Source of the DNA: Marsupella aquatica
Lineage: Eukaryota; Plantae; Marchantiophyta
Assembly: GCA_973895155.1 (NCBI GenBank)
Contig: OZ316896.1
Span: 4,655,925 to 4,719,924, forward strand
Direction of reading: 5' to 3'
DNA: 64,000 nucleotides
Program-made: the position numbers and the translations under genes
Part shown: in pieces, positions 13,989 to 26,105 of the stretch
How the letters are laid out: the number at the start of each line of letters is the position of its first letter
How positions within the stretch are numbered: the stretch's first letter is position 1
The notes under the pieces: generated by a model
The model's input: the letters and a program-made list of their open reading frames with translations, nothing else
What the model was told of the DNA's origin: nothing
Databases searched by the model: none

Positions 13989-15590
13989 ACCAACCTGTAG
14001 AATATAGGGTCGATCTCCTTCAACAAATTATCATTACTAATATTTACATTTATTAAGCACTTCTTCAGATAACCACTCAACGCATCTCTCAACTGCTTCA
14101 GCACCATCTTGTCAAGCTTAAAGCGATCAATCATTCCTTTGACCCGCAATTTCCACGCTGAATCTGTCAGACTTTTCAGCTCTATCCGGGTGGATGTTTC
14201 CCCGTTGAGTTTACTCAATAATAAAATCTCAAACTCAACTTTCGTCTTCTTCTTTATACAAAATTGCTCCAAACTCATGCTGGTCGTTGACAACACTGGA
14301 GCCTCAGAGGACTTCCTCGCCTTCCCAGATTTCACTTTGATGCTTCGGTTTTTGAGTATAGACAGTCTTCCGCTCAACATATATTCCACTGCCTTTCGAA
14401 GAACCGAGTCTGAGCATCCTTGACAAGAACGGAACATCTTCTTCAGAAGATGATAAGCACACGGATTATCCGCAATTTTGACGGCGTCCCTCTGTAAAAT
14501 TCCATTGTAAATTACAAGCTCTCCTGTCCTTGATAGTTCGTAGACCTCCATCCACTTCTTGAATATTTCGTCCTCCACTGTAAAGAGAAACGGAGCCAAT
14601 TCTCCAAATTTCATCATTTTGTTCTTCCCCATTTGAGCCCATGGGCAAACAAAACTCGTAGCTCTCATAAATACCTGAAAAACAATGGAAACATGACAAT
14701 TCTAAGCTTGACGCGACCGTTCGCGTGACAAAAGTTTATACGATAATGTGATCGAAGAGGGTTATTTATATACCTTCCAATTTGGATGACGATAATGTGA
14801 TCCAGGCCGCCCAAATGAGTTCCAGATATTACGACACTGTCGTACAATGGTGAGAAACTGTCCTTCTTCCATTGATGTTTGATGACAGTGGTTCAGAGCT
14901 TTCGATAATCCCATCAAATGAACATTATTGTCGTTGTTGAGCGTTGCCCAAAACATTACAGCTTCTACAGTACCGCAAGCGTCTCGTACAACTTGGCTGA
15001 CTTTGTCGTCCTCTCTCAGCAATTTGTACGCCATTATTGTGTGCTGGCCTCCGAGTATCCAGAAATGACTGGTCATAATTCCTCCTCCTTTGGCGATGAA
15101 TCGTAGGGCGTCCCATTGTAGTCGGGATCTCTGTCGGCCTCCGACTGAACCCACTTCACAGGGACTAAAAAGCAACATCGCTTCTCGAACTTTATAGCCG
15201 AATGAGAGAGGAGTGAATTCTTTAGCCTATCTGTGTAATCCTGATTCCACTCTCGGCACTTGATGTGGTCCGATGCAAGATGACAACGTGATGTCTCAAC
15301 AAAAAATGACTTGCTGTTAAATATATTCACAGCACTATATTCTTTGAGGAAAGAATCGAACAGAGCCCCGACATTTGCTAAGGTAATTACTTTCGGAAGA
15401 TTCTTCGCCGAGTATACTTCAACCTTGCTCACTGGCGGGGCCTTTCCCAAGCAAAATCCCTGGTTGAAAGGAACTCTCTGGAACTCAAGTACATCAATAA
15501 TGTATTGACAAATCAAATCTCCCGTTGATGCCTCTGGATCGGAAGGATATCCCACACTAGTAACCTTTTCCAAGGCATGCCTTGCACCTA
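13943..15590 (-). pseudogene. ParB/Srx-like domain plus helical region (cargo exons, frameshifted)
   Basis: KCREWNQDYTDRLKNSLL...CFLVPV (ORF 15073-15573) and FWILGGQHTIMAYKLL...LSKALN (ORF 14762-15178) follow the ParB N-terminal pattern (R...L..SI / PixV / GxxR / EN). In-frame intron 14675-14773 joins to ORF 13943-14668. Confidence 0.6.
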
Positions 15591-16090
15591 GAAGATCATC
15601 AATTCTAGGCTGATTGAAGGTTACATATTGCGTTCAATCCAAACAAATGCTTATTTTGTCTTCCTGCTGGTCGTCGCTAACTAGCAGAACCAATCCCTCT
15701 GTACAGTCTTTAACTTTCATGTTCTTCTCAAAGAAACACCCGAGAATTTTTGATCTCTCCAAAACTGTAGCTTTATCATTTCTTGCCACCACAAGACGGA
15801 CAGCCCCATTGCGAACGACTATTCCAAAATTGGATATCTCAGTCGATTCAAAGAGATGGATACTCTTTGTCTCCGTTGTTCTCTCTCTGATTGACTTTCC
15901 TCGATATGGTAGTATGGATGTCTCCGCGGGAGTCATTTTTGTCTTGGTTTTCTTTCGAGAAGCAGCTTTAGACGAGTCTCTTTTCCGCTTTGAGGTTCCG
16001 GTAGGATCTATTCTGTAACAGACAAATATTGAAAGTTAAATGTTTATTATAAAATACTAACACGCGCATGGTCGCGTCATGCTGAATTAC

Positions 16091-16617
16091 ATTTTAGGAA
16101 CGTTTATCTTGACCCAATCTTCTCGCTCATCTTCATCTAACCAAAACCAAAGGTTCCTAAATGTGTCAAGTTCAGATCCTTCAAATCCACCCAGAATGTC
16201 TAGCGGCGGGAGAGTTCTGATGGATTCTGTAAATCTGAATGCTACACTCCGTGAAGTCAAATGTCTTCGAAGCGATTCATATCCTGGTCTATCAGTGAAG
16301 TCGTAAGCTACCAAGGTGACCGTCGCCCAAGTACTACTATAAGTAACTATGTGGCACCACTTCTTACTGACTGTTCGAATGGCGATCAAGTCCATGACCC
16401 GATTTTTAATCGCAGTATCCGACAAATTCCCAAGACAGTGGAAAAACTCTTTGACTAATGGCCAAATATATTTCTCAACAATATCGTCCGGAAGACCGGG
16501 TATCAGGTCTTCAGCTTGACTCCATATCATGTTTCGGTTCATAACCTTTGCACGTGCAATGCGCTCCATCATCATTTGACGATGAGATTTTTGATTCATG
16601 TCAAAGGACTGCAACAT
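16091..16617 (-). CDS. F-box domain protein segment, copy 3
   Basis: LIPGLPDDIVEKYIWP...LIAIRTVSKKWCHIV; in-frame GT-AG intron 16013-16090 joins it to the next exon (15634-16012). Confidence 0.75.
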
Positions 16618-16651
16618 AATATGGAAAAGATTAAGAACAAGAACCTATCCA

Positions 16652-17180
16652 TTAAGAACTGGGACCACCGAGATTCTGAGAAAATCTACCAAACCTTTCG
16701 ATTAGGACATCTCGTTCTTCCTCATCTAAATTGTTATATTTGTTCGTAAACAATGCAATTTCATCAAAAGTAGTAGTCCCAAGAACAGATATTTCTGGAA
16801 GCATAGAAATATCCTGTCGAATAACTCGACAGACTGAGTCAAACTCCAACTCATCAGTTTCGGGTATGTCATAAAGAGCATCATTTGCGACATCAACAAT
16901 CCGGTTTGCTTGTTTGAGGATAGCCCATAACCTTGTATTTGTAACTAAAAAGTTCCACTTCTTGCTACAAGCTCCAAGCCGAATAAGGTCTCGGACCCTA
17001 TCGATAACCAAATCGTTATCGAGGTGTCGATATCCACGCAATCTTTCAATTGAAATAAAGTGTTCGTCGAGTATTGGCCAAATGTTTGAAATGACCAAAA
17101 CATCTGGTATTCCTCCAATAAGACTAGAGGAGGTTTCATCCAGCGTATCCCATATTGTTTTTTGTTTCTTTTCATGAGAT
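16652..17180 (-). CDS. F-box domain protein segment, copy 2
   Basis: LIGGIPDVLVISNIWP...LIRLGACSKKWNFLV; the frame is open upstream of the listed ORF. Confidence 0.7.
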
Positions 17181-17352
17181 GAAAGAAAATCTCAAGCCTC
17201 ATTCAAAAGTTGGCTCATCCTGCTTTTATCATATCACAAAACATTGTTAGAAGACATACGACGTGCTTGGTCACGTAAGTTAACTAGAATTCCTTAAAAG
17301 CGTAGATGTCACCCTCAAGGTATCCAACTTCGTGGCATCTGACTGTAAATTT

Positions 17353-17865
17353 CTATTTTTCAAGAGGGTGAAGAGCATCGTAAGTCTTCGTGAAGAGTTT
17401 CCTAAGATCTCTGGACATTGACCCCATGAATTTAATTCTTGGGTATTTCTGGAAGAAACTTTGAACTGTCGATGAGAGAGACTCATTTCCGATCGGTTTA
17501 GTAGGATTTCCTGGGAAAGCCAAATCTAATAAACTCAACTTGATTACACCCAAAAGATAGGTATTCCCAACAAGGTGGCGCCATCTGCGACACACCGAAG
17601 ATAGTCCTACAAACTCATCCAATTCCTTTATTGAGAAATTTCCTGCATTAGCCAAGGAATTAAAATTCTCCTGGATCCGAGGCCATATCAATTCCGCGAC
17701 AATGAAATCTGGAAGTCCAGGTAGTAGTGTTTCAACAAATACAGAATATCCCGCCAGTAGACCATCTTGGCTTCTGTCCAAAACGTCAAATATTGGGCAT
17801 AGATATTTGAAGCTCTCCAGACCAGGTTCGCCCATGACTCTTTTCAGCCAAATGATATATCCCAA
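17353..17865 (-). CDS. F-box domain protein segment, copy 1
   Basis: LLPGLPDFIVAELIWP...VGLSSVCRRWRHLV. Confidence 0.75.
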   Translation of the reverse strand: MGYIIWLKRVMGEPGLESFKYLCPIFDVLDRSQDGLLAGYSVFVETLLPGLPDFIVAELIWPRIQENFNSLANAGNFSIKELDEFVGLSSVCRRWRHLVGNTYLLGVIKLSLLDLAFPGNPTKPIGNESLSSTVQSFFQKYPRIKFMGSMSRDLRKLFTKTYDALHPLEK

Positions 17866-17975
17866 AGATTATTTTCACGCGACTGGTCGCGTCTACAAAT
17901 CAGAATGCATAAACAATTCTTTGAGAGACTGATTTTTTTGGGTCACAACGTGACAAATCATAAATGTTGCTTCGT

Positions 17976-18722
17976 CCTCTAACAGAACCAGTCAATGAGA
18001 GAGCAACCTCAGACGCGACTGGTTGCGTCAACTGAACCTAAACAACTATATCCACTAAACCTTTTGTGGAGATTTGGATATGGTACGCGCTCAGTAAATC
18101 TATCCAGTTTCCTTCTCACACGCGGCTGGTCGCGTCAACTGGTCCTAAAAGGAACCTTACCTCCTCTAACAGAACCAGTCAATGAGAGAGCTACCTCAAA
18201 CGCGACTGGTCGCGTCAACTGAACCTAAACAACTATATCCATTGAACCTTTCTTGTGGAGATTTGGATATGGTACGCGCTCAGTAAATCTATCCAGTTTC
18301 CTTCTCACACGCGACTGGTTGCGTCAACTCGTCCTAAAAGGAACCTTATCTCCTCTAATAGAACCAGTCAATGAGAGAGCTATCTCAGACACGAGTGGTC
18401 GCGTCAACTGAACCTAAAGAACTATATCCACTGAACCTTCCTTGTGGAGATTTGGATATGGTACGCGCTCAGTAAATCTATCCTATTTCCTTCTGACACG
18501 CGACTAGTCGCGTCAACTCGTCCTAAAAGGAACCTTACCTCCTCTAACAGAACCAGTCAATGAGAGAGCTACCTGACGCGACTAGTCGCGTTAACTGAAC
18601 CTAAACAACTATATCCACTGAACCTTCCTTGTGGAGATTTGGATATGGTACGCGCTCAGTAAATCTATCCAGTTTCCTTCTCACACGCGACTGGTCGCGT
18701 CAACTGGTCCTAAAAGGAACCT
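17976..18722. repeat. Tandem repeat, ~188 bp x4, with two CACGCGAC-NN-GTCGCGT palindromes per unit
   Basis: Unit start cctctaacagaaccagtcaatgagag at ~17976, 18163, 18352 and 18541; lies upstream of the minus-strand cargo cassette. Confidence 0.9.
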
Positions 18723-19844
18723 CACAGTATTTTCACACGACTGATCACGTCAATAGCTCAAACAACTTTTGGACAATAGGATAATACAGTGATACAACTG
18801 TGATTACTGACCCGTACGGACAAGGAAATCCAAGTAAGCATGATTTCATTCATTTGTATTCATTCATTTGTATTCATTCATGAACTTTACAATAATTCAG
18901 ATGTTTGAGCTCTGTCATTGTGAAACTATTATATATCAGAAGTTTAGAGAATGATCCAGCTAAGATGATTCAATTTAGCAGTCTACTGGTTGTATTCGTC
19001 AATTAAAGGATTCAGTGTAATGAGATTCACATAACATAAGAGTTTATATGATTAAATTCACAGCGTGCAAGTTTGTAATGACTTACTTAAGACGATTCAG
19101 GTTGTATTTTAATTAGTGAGTTTGTATGATTCACACATATTTGAGTTTACAAACAAACCGCATTATGAAAATTGTGCTTAATAATCAAGAGAAATTTTAG
19201 CAAACCACAATCAACACCAGCAGAAAATGTAGAAATTACACCTGAATTCTGAAAAATTGATGTAATCGTCTGAGAGATTGACGTCCAAGCACTTGAAGAC
19301 CTTGCTGCGGCATTCCAGAAAGTAAATATAAGATTGAAGATATTAATATGCTAAGCAACAACAACACAACTTCTATACTTCTATACATAGAGCTTCGCTG
19401 CCACCAATTGAATAACATGTGCTTAATGCTAAGGAGCTCATTATGTCGAGTTAAAAAGACTCTTTCAGAAGTATAATCAAAGCTGTGGATAGGCAAACTG
19501 AGCATGAATAAAAGCGCACTAAACCTGAAGATTCAAAGAGGTGAAACAAACCTGAATGCTGAATGGAAGGAACTAAAACAAGCTGCCAAAAAGTAGTTCG
19601 AGCTGCTGAAACACGTTGATTGAGCTGATATGAGCTTAAAATTGGCTGACACGAGCTGATACAAGCACTCCCAAAAAGCTAGCTGCAACGAACTAGCAAA
19701 CTAGAAGTGAATATGAGCTGTAAATGCGAGCTGCAATGCGCCAACGAGCTCCTGGTCAAAACGATGGACAACTACTAAGAGCTGCAACGCGCCGACAAGC
19801 ACCTGACTACCACGAACGAGCTGCAACAACAAAAATGAAATCCA

Positions 19845-19965
19845 GGGCAGGAGCGAGAGCGAGAGCGACAAGAGCAAGAGCGACAAGAGCGAGAGCGACG
19901 AGAGCAAGAGCGACGAGAGCAAGAGCGACGAGAGCAAGAGCGAGAGCGAGAGCGACGAGAGCAGG
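19845..19965. repeat. Purine-rich simple repeat (gagcga/gagcaa/gcgacga)
   Basis: Directly visible low-complexity array. Confidence 0.85.
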
Positions 19966-22037
19966 CGTGCAAAAGTCTAGGGAGCAAGAAACAACAACAA
20001 TGAACAATGAACTCGAGACCGTGGGCGCCAACACTAAGGAAGGACTAATTAGGGTATTGTTTTAGCATAACCCTAATAACAGCCTAGCGACAGGAAGGTT
20101 CCAGATGATCTCTGTACACTCCACCATCGACTGAACAAACTATGCAATCGTGAAAAAAAGATTATCGGATTCCTTTTGATTTGCCATACTAAAGGAGATT
20201 TCTATTTGATCGCCAATTTGAAATTTAAACCGGTAATTATGCAACTGCGAAAGATTGTTAGTGGGGACCCCCGGATCCGGATCCGTATCTTCACTATATC
20301 TGCCAATTCAAATCCAAAATGTGAACGAACGACAACTTTCTCACGATCGTTCCATCACGTAGTGGAGGCGAACTTCAAAATCATTCCATTTTGGTAGTGG
20401 AGACCGTCGGATCTGGATCCGTACTCCACTCTCTATCTTGCCAATTCAAACCCTTACTCTAAACAACGTAAAACGATTCTCACGGTCGGGGAGAACCGAT
20501 ATTCAAAATCAATCCTGTACAATGATTCTCACGACAGGAGACTCAACCAATTTTCAAAATCAAAATCGAGTCCAGATGAACACATCCTCCATGGAGTCAA
20601 TAGACTGATCTCATTGCTCACGGATCATTCTTCATTTTCAGTTTCTCCTGACCAGGATACTAGCTGGGCTCTCAGCGGAGGCTGATCCAAGGCACATTTG
20701 AGGTGGAGCAGATTGGATCATTCGACTATTCTAGTTGGAGGTGGAGCTCATTCAAGCAACGCTGGCGCAGTTCTTGTTGTATCACCTTCAATGTTGGGGA
20801 GAGCACATCCGATCAAGCGGGAGAGTTGCGACGAAGTGAGACGACAAACATTTAGAACCTCCATAGTCTGCCTCATTCATCGAAGCATTCTAGCGGACCA
20901 ACAAAGAGCGGCTATTATGAAATCATAGTCTGGTCAAGGATTTTGATCTTGATACGATCAACAAGTTGTCATTCTCTGGTGGTGGGATTCAATCACGATA
21001 CTCAAGGAAATTGGAGTTCAAAGGAGGAGGCTTAGTTGGCTGGGACGAGGAGGCTACGCTGGAAGGAAGAGGCTTGGTTGGGAGGAGGGTTTCTGCCAAC
21101 ATCGGAGGGTTGCCGCCAACATTGCTGAGACCACACCCAACTGAATAACTTGTAAGTATCAATCAGCATTAATTCTGCAATAAATGAGGAGAGTAGTTGC
21201 CTTAAATCACGCATTCAATGCATGAATTGAGTCAATGAAGTTATGGTCCAATTTCTCACTCCGATTTTGATCAATCCGTGTTTCAAGTCCAATACAGAAG
21301 CAATGTATCAGAAGTACTAGTAGAGGATCCGAATGAATTCTCTAGTCTAAAATTGTATGGCGTACGCGTATAGTTGTCCGTACGTTTTGCTATTGTTTAT
21401 TGTAGTCGACGGCCTAGCAAAACGAAACGTAATCGAGGTCCATTTTTCAGATCTTCCTGATCTCAACTTGTTAGTAGGATGACCTGTTTTTTGGGCTACA
21501 CATGTAGTTCATCACGCGCACAGTCGCGTGAACCAATTTATCTTGATATTGTTTATTGTAGTCGACTGCCCAACAAATTGGCCAGAAATATATTTTAAAA
21601 CCGAGGTCTTCGTTTCATCACGGGCCTAGTCGCGTTAATGTTTTAGAGGTCAGCGAAAGCTCTGCACTCTTAGACGTAATCGCCCTTTATTTCTCAGATC
21701 TGCCTGATCTCAACTTGTTAGTAGGATGACCTATTTTTGGTTACACATGTAGTTCATCACACGCACAGTCGCGTGAACCAATTTATCTCAGGTCTTTTTG
21801 ATATTGTTTATTGTAGTCGACAGCCTAGCGAATTGTCAGTCAGAGGAATCTTGATTTTTCCTTGATTGCAAAAATGGTTACATCGATCCCGAAGGACTTC
21901 GGATGTGGAATCCATATCCACTAGCACTATCCAGGAATTTAAGCTACACAGTATCTATAACAAGTTCTAACTTGAACTACTCTTGAATCTGTAGTTCTAA
22001 TCTTCCACTACTCAAAATATTGTTGACTTTGATCGAG

Positions 22038-22577
22038 TCAGTCATTCCAAGATGAAGGCATCCACTCATCGGTGTCTGGTGTGGATTCCCTTGAATCCAA
22101 AAATTCTTCCTTTGCCCAAGTCCTAACGTCCATAGATTTTCTCGGCTTGCTCTTTCTGTAATACAAATCAGAATCTTCGTTCATCTCTAATTGCCTTTTC
22201 TTCGGTGCGTCCACTTTCTTGGCCTCCTTGACTGTCTTAGTGTCTGCTGCTGCTTCCCCCGAAATGGATTCGACGCATGCTCTGGCCTTCAACTTCTCCC
22301 CCCTCGAAACGGATTCCATGAGGGCTTTGCCCTTTAACTTCTCCCCTGATGCCATCTTTGTAGTCATCTCTGTCGGATTGGTCTCCATCTGATCTTCCAT
22401 CGACAAATGTGGCGAATAATGTCGTCTCTCACAAAACATGTGATCCAATTTAGTCACCGTAAACATTATATTACATCGCTGACACATTCTGTAAGGAGTA
22501 CCATGAATTTGATACGTTGAATCTTCTGAATCGTCCGTCGGAACATCCTCATTCTTCGAGCTCAGCGGAGTAGTCAT
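22038..22577 (-). CDS. Unknown 179-aa cargo protein with a possible CxxC...CxxxH zinc motif and a basic/acidic tail
   Basis: ATG-initiated open ORF containing CQRC...FCERRH; TATAAA on the minus strand near 22707-22712. Confidence 0.5.
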   Translation of the reverse strand: MTTPLSSKNEDVPTDDSEDSTYQIHGTPYRMCQRCNIMFTVTKLDHMFCERRHYSPHLSMEDQMETNPTEMTTKMASGEKLKGKALMESVSRGEKLKARACVESISGEAAADTKTVKEAKKVDAPKKRQLEMNEDSDLYYRKSKPRKSMDVRTWAKEEFLDSRESTPDTDEWMPSSWND

Positions 22578-23053
22578 CGCCCTTCAAACAAGAGATGCTG
22601 ACCGAGACTAAGAATTGGAAATGAGAGAGCTGATGTGCGAATAGATTATCCAGTAGCCAGAAAATGGAATGCGTGGGGAAATGAGCAATAGGGATCATCT
22701 CAATGCTTTATACTGTTTAGTCTTCACTAGTCATTGTACATAGTGGTTTCTAGAAGAGGGTGCGCGTTTGACTGGCGCGTATTAGAATTGGCGGGAAGTT
22801 CAGTTGTCCTCTAATTATGGCTTTAATTTCACATTTAGCGACCGCCCTGGGAATACTGATTGCTAGTGAAGTCCTGAGATTTCTTATGAAGGTCAGTAGT
22901 TACTGACTGTCCGGTGTCCACTCATTGGTAAACTAGTACTGTCCACTCATTTTTCCTGAGTGGAGTTGAAATGATTGTTTGTAATCGATTGTAGTCGTTC
23001 TCATTCACTTGAAATGACTGACGGACCATGCATTATCTTTACCGGTATGTGTG

Positions 23054-23500
23054 ATGCCTTTAGATCCGTAATTGTATCTTCCTGTCTCGCGCGCAATCGT
23101 ATCTTACTTATGAAGTACCAATTACGAGCTAGAGTTTGGGCCTAGCCTTCTAGCTTCTACGTCGTAGACCCTGTACCCTCTGACTAAGGTCACGCGACAT
23201 GCCTTTAGATCCGTAATTGTATCTTCCTGTCTCACGCGCAATCGTATCTTACTTATGAAGTACCAATTATGAGCTAGAGTTTGGGCCTAGCCTTCTAGCT
23301 TCTACGTCGTAGACCCTGTACCCTCTGACTAAGGTCACGCGACATGCCTTTAGATCCGTAATTGTATCTTCCTGTCTCACGCGCAATCGTATCTTACTTA
23401 TGAAGTACCAAGTACGAGCTAGAGTTTGGGCCTAGCCTTCTAGCTTCTACGTCATAGACCCTGTTATCCCTACACCCTCTGACTAAGGTCACGCGACTAG
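23054..23500. repeat. Tandem repeat, 145 bp x3, in the divergent promoter region
   Basis: atgcctttagatccgtaattg at 23054, 23199 and 23344; each unit ends in the half-site ggtcacgcgac. Confidence 0.9.
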
Positions 23501-25365
23501 TCGCATGCAGGGCAGTGCATTGACTACATTCTGCCTACTTATTGTCGGTTGTGATAGGACAATGCAGTTCACGGACGTTTTACTGGCACTTATTAGCACT
23601 ACTGTCCTCAGTAGTTACTGACTGTCCACTCATTTGTTCTGAGTGGATGTGAAATGATTGATCGTAATCGATTGTGGTCATTCTCATTCATTTGACATGA
23701 CTGACGGACCATGCATAGTCTGTTGCCGGTATGTGTGGTACCTCTAGGGTCACGCGACCAGTCGCGTGCAGCGCAGTGCATTGACTACATTCTGCTTATT
23801 GACCGACGTGACAGGATAGTGCAGTGAAATTGACGGACGTGACAGGACTGTACGCTTACAATGATATTCTCTGATGTGCAGGATCATAATTATTATGGTG
23901 ACATCGACAGTCTGGATCAAGGAAGGCGGACAAGTTATTATAGGCATACGTGAGAAACAGGTTGGAAAAGGTCGCGTGATAAGTCTTGATCCTTCCAGGG
24001 TTTGTCACAATATTCCTCTTGGGGCGGACAGAGTTCTTCTTCTATTGGAGGAAGTTTTTGACGAGACCATTCTATGCGAAGATGGCGAACTTTTGAAGGA
24101 CATGATTGGGGGTTACCTTGTATGGGAAAGGAATCAGCTTTTTCGAGCTTCCATGGAATTGGAGGATGTGTTTGGCACTGTTGGTGATGATCAAGATCCA
24201 GTCAATCAAAATTCTGATGGGAACAACCATAATGAGAGTCGGTCTGGTGTGGAAGTAGTTTTACCAAAGGCCTTGTAGATGGGCATGCCTGTAAAGGTGG
24301 TGGATGAGAACAAGTTGATTTTTGCAGTGGCAACTATACATGTTCTAGATCCTATAGTGAAGCTTGGGGATGTCACCCTTGGGAATACACATGTGGGAAT
24401 TCTGATCAACGATTTTGTCAAGGGAGCTACCATAGATCATCTGAAGCATAGAGATTGCTTAAAAGCTTGGTCGATGGACCAACTCATTGCAAAGGATGGC
24501 AACTTGTTGTCTTTCCACAACATCAGGCAAGTTGTGGGAGGGAACACATCTCCAACAAGTGGCTGTCTTACATCCATAAAAGTAGGAAAAGAAAGAGTCC
24601 ATCTTCCCAGACATCTAGAAGAGACACATCTTTGGCACGTCAAGATGTGTTGTTGATAAACACCAAGGACTGTTGTAGTGAACCTTGTTGCCAATATCTG
24701 GACCGCAACTTGGCTATGGCAATTAGGCAAAAGTGGTGGTCAAAATCTTTTGCCGAGCGCAAGGAGGAGGAAATCAAGGCTATTAAAAATACAATACACT
24801 TGGGTACTGGAGAAAGGATTCTAGCAGTGGAGGGCAAAGTATTGTGCTTGGAGGCATGGAGAATCATTCATTCAAGAGGAAAGACTCAATTTTATGCCTT
24901 GAAGAAGACTGTGATGGCTGGAATGAACATAGGTACCCATGGTAATGCTGGAAAAAGGCGTATGTCCGAGAAAGTATCTCAAGCGTTCATGTCAATGAAA
25001 GAGATTATTGAGGAGGCAGCTGATCATCATCCAGCCAAGTTGAGAACCATGGTAGATAATACAAGGATGGTTTTGAGGGAATTGCCAACAAATCTTACTT
25101 GGGAGAATATTAGAAACAGGGTTAATGTTGTCAACCAGGAGGCTGGTCTTCCTCCAATTTCCCAACCCACCTTGAGTCATCTACATTAGATGTATTTCAG
25201 GGAGTTCTCACGTCACAAAAAGGGCAACAACTTTTCAAAGTGTACAACTTGTAGTGAGTTGCTTCAACGGAAAGCAAACCTTACAGGAGCTAAGGAAGAG
25301 TTAGAGGGCCTAAGGCGTGACGAGGAGGAACATCACCAAGACCACACACAGCAAAGAATGTGCTA

Positions 25366-25932
25366 TGTCGTGCGCATACACATCGCTACACAACATATTC
25401 AAACATAGTCACAATCCACTAACACGAACATAAGAGAATGGAGTACAAATGGAACCAATGTCCACATGCCCAAAACCCACAATAATCTTTTCTGGATGAA
25501 ATCGAACAACGATCAGTGCTAATCCAACAACGATCCCGTCCGACACGATCACACATATATGTCAAGCCCAACGCACCTTGTGCTTCAAGGAATCCACGTT
25601 ACTTGCACACAACCTGGTCAGCCACACCATAGCCACCAAGCTCATGCTCAAAGGCTCAACATTGAAAGATGAGGCCTTTGAGCCAACACAAGGGGATAAC
25701 TATCCCTCACACCAACTCAAACTAAACACAAAGTGCTCATATAGCACACATACAAAACCTCTATACCCTGGATAGTACGATATACTTTACTACCACTCTA
25801 AATGGTGTGACAGCTGTCGTGCGCATACACATCGCTACACAACATATTCAAACATAGTCACAATCCACTAACACGAACATAAGAGAATGGAGTACAAATG
25901 GAACCAATGTCCACATGCCCAAAACCCACAAT
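25366..25932. repeat. Terminal repeat block A(25366-25483)-B(25484-25812)-gc-A(25815-25932)
   Basis: The two 118-bp A copies look identical; B (329 bp) recurs at 34811-35139 with 3 transitions seen. Confidence 0.92.
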
Positions 25933-25942
25933 CGCCCCCCTA
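25933..25942 (-). promoter_or_regulatory. Polypurine tract
   Basis: Minus strand TAGGGGGGCG directly precedes repeat A. Confidence 0.7.
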
Positions 25943-26105
25943 GCTGGGAGTGAGGTCCTCTAACTCTAGCTAGCCATGAGTTCTACAAGGTTAATATACA
26001 CCTTTGTAGGTGCAAAGATCAGGAGGCCGGGTGCAAGTGAGCCCCATCGATCGCCTACCTGAAATCTATATCTTCCACAAGAACACAAATGATAACTAGT
26101 CGGCA

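Noticed and set aside
19701-20065. ORFs with RARAT/ALALV/SLL repeats
   Set aside because: Artefacts of a simple-sequence repeat that is open in several frames
20070-21250. Possible additional decayed minus-strand cargo gene
   Set aside because: Many stops and no recognisable domain, so a call cannot be supported
8158-22577. Endogenous giant virus or Polinton
   Set aside because: No capsid, packaging ATPase or DNA polymerase ORFs; the region has spliceosomal introns and is bounded by transposon TIRs and a TSD
25578-25775. 65-aa ORF duplicated at 34905-35102
   Set aside because: Lies inside terminal repeat B, has no ATG start, and its duplication simply reflects the repeat
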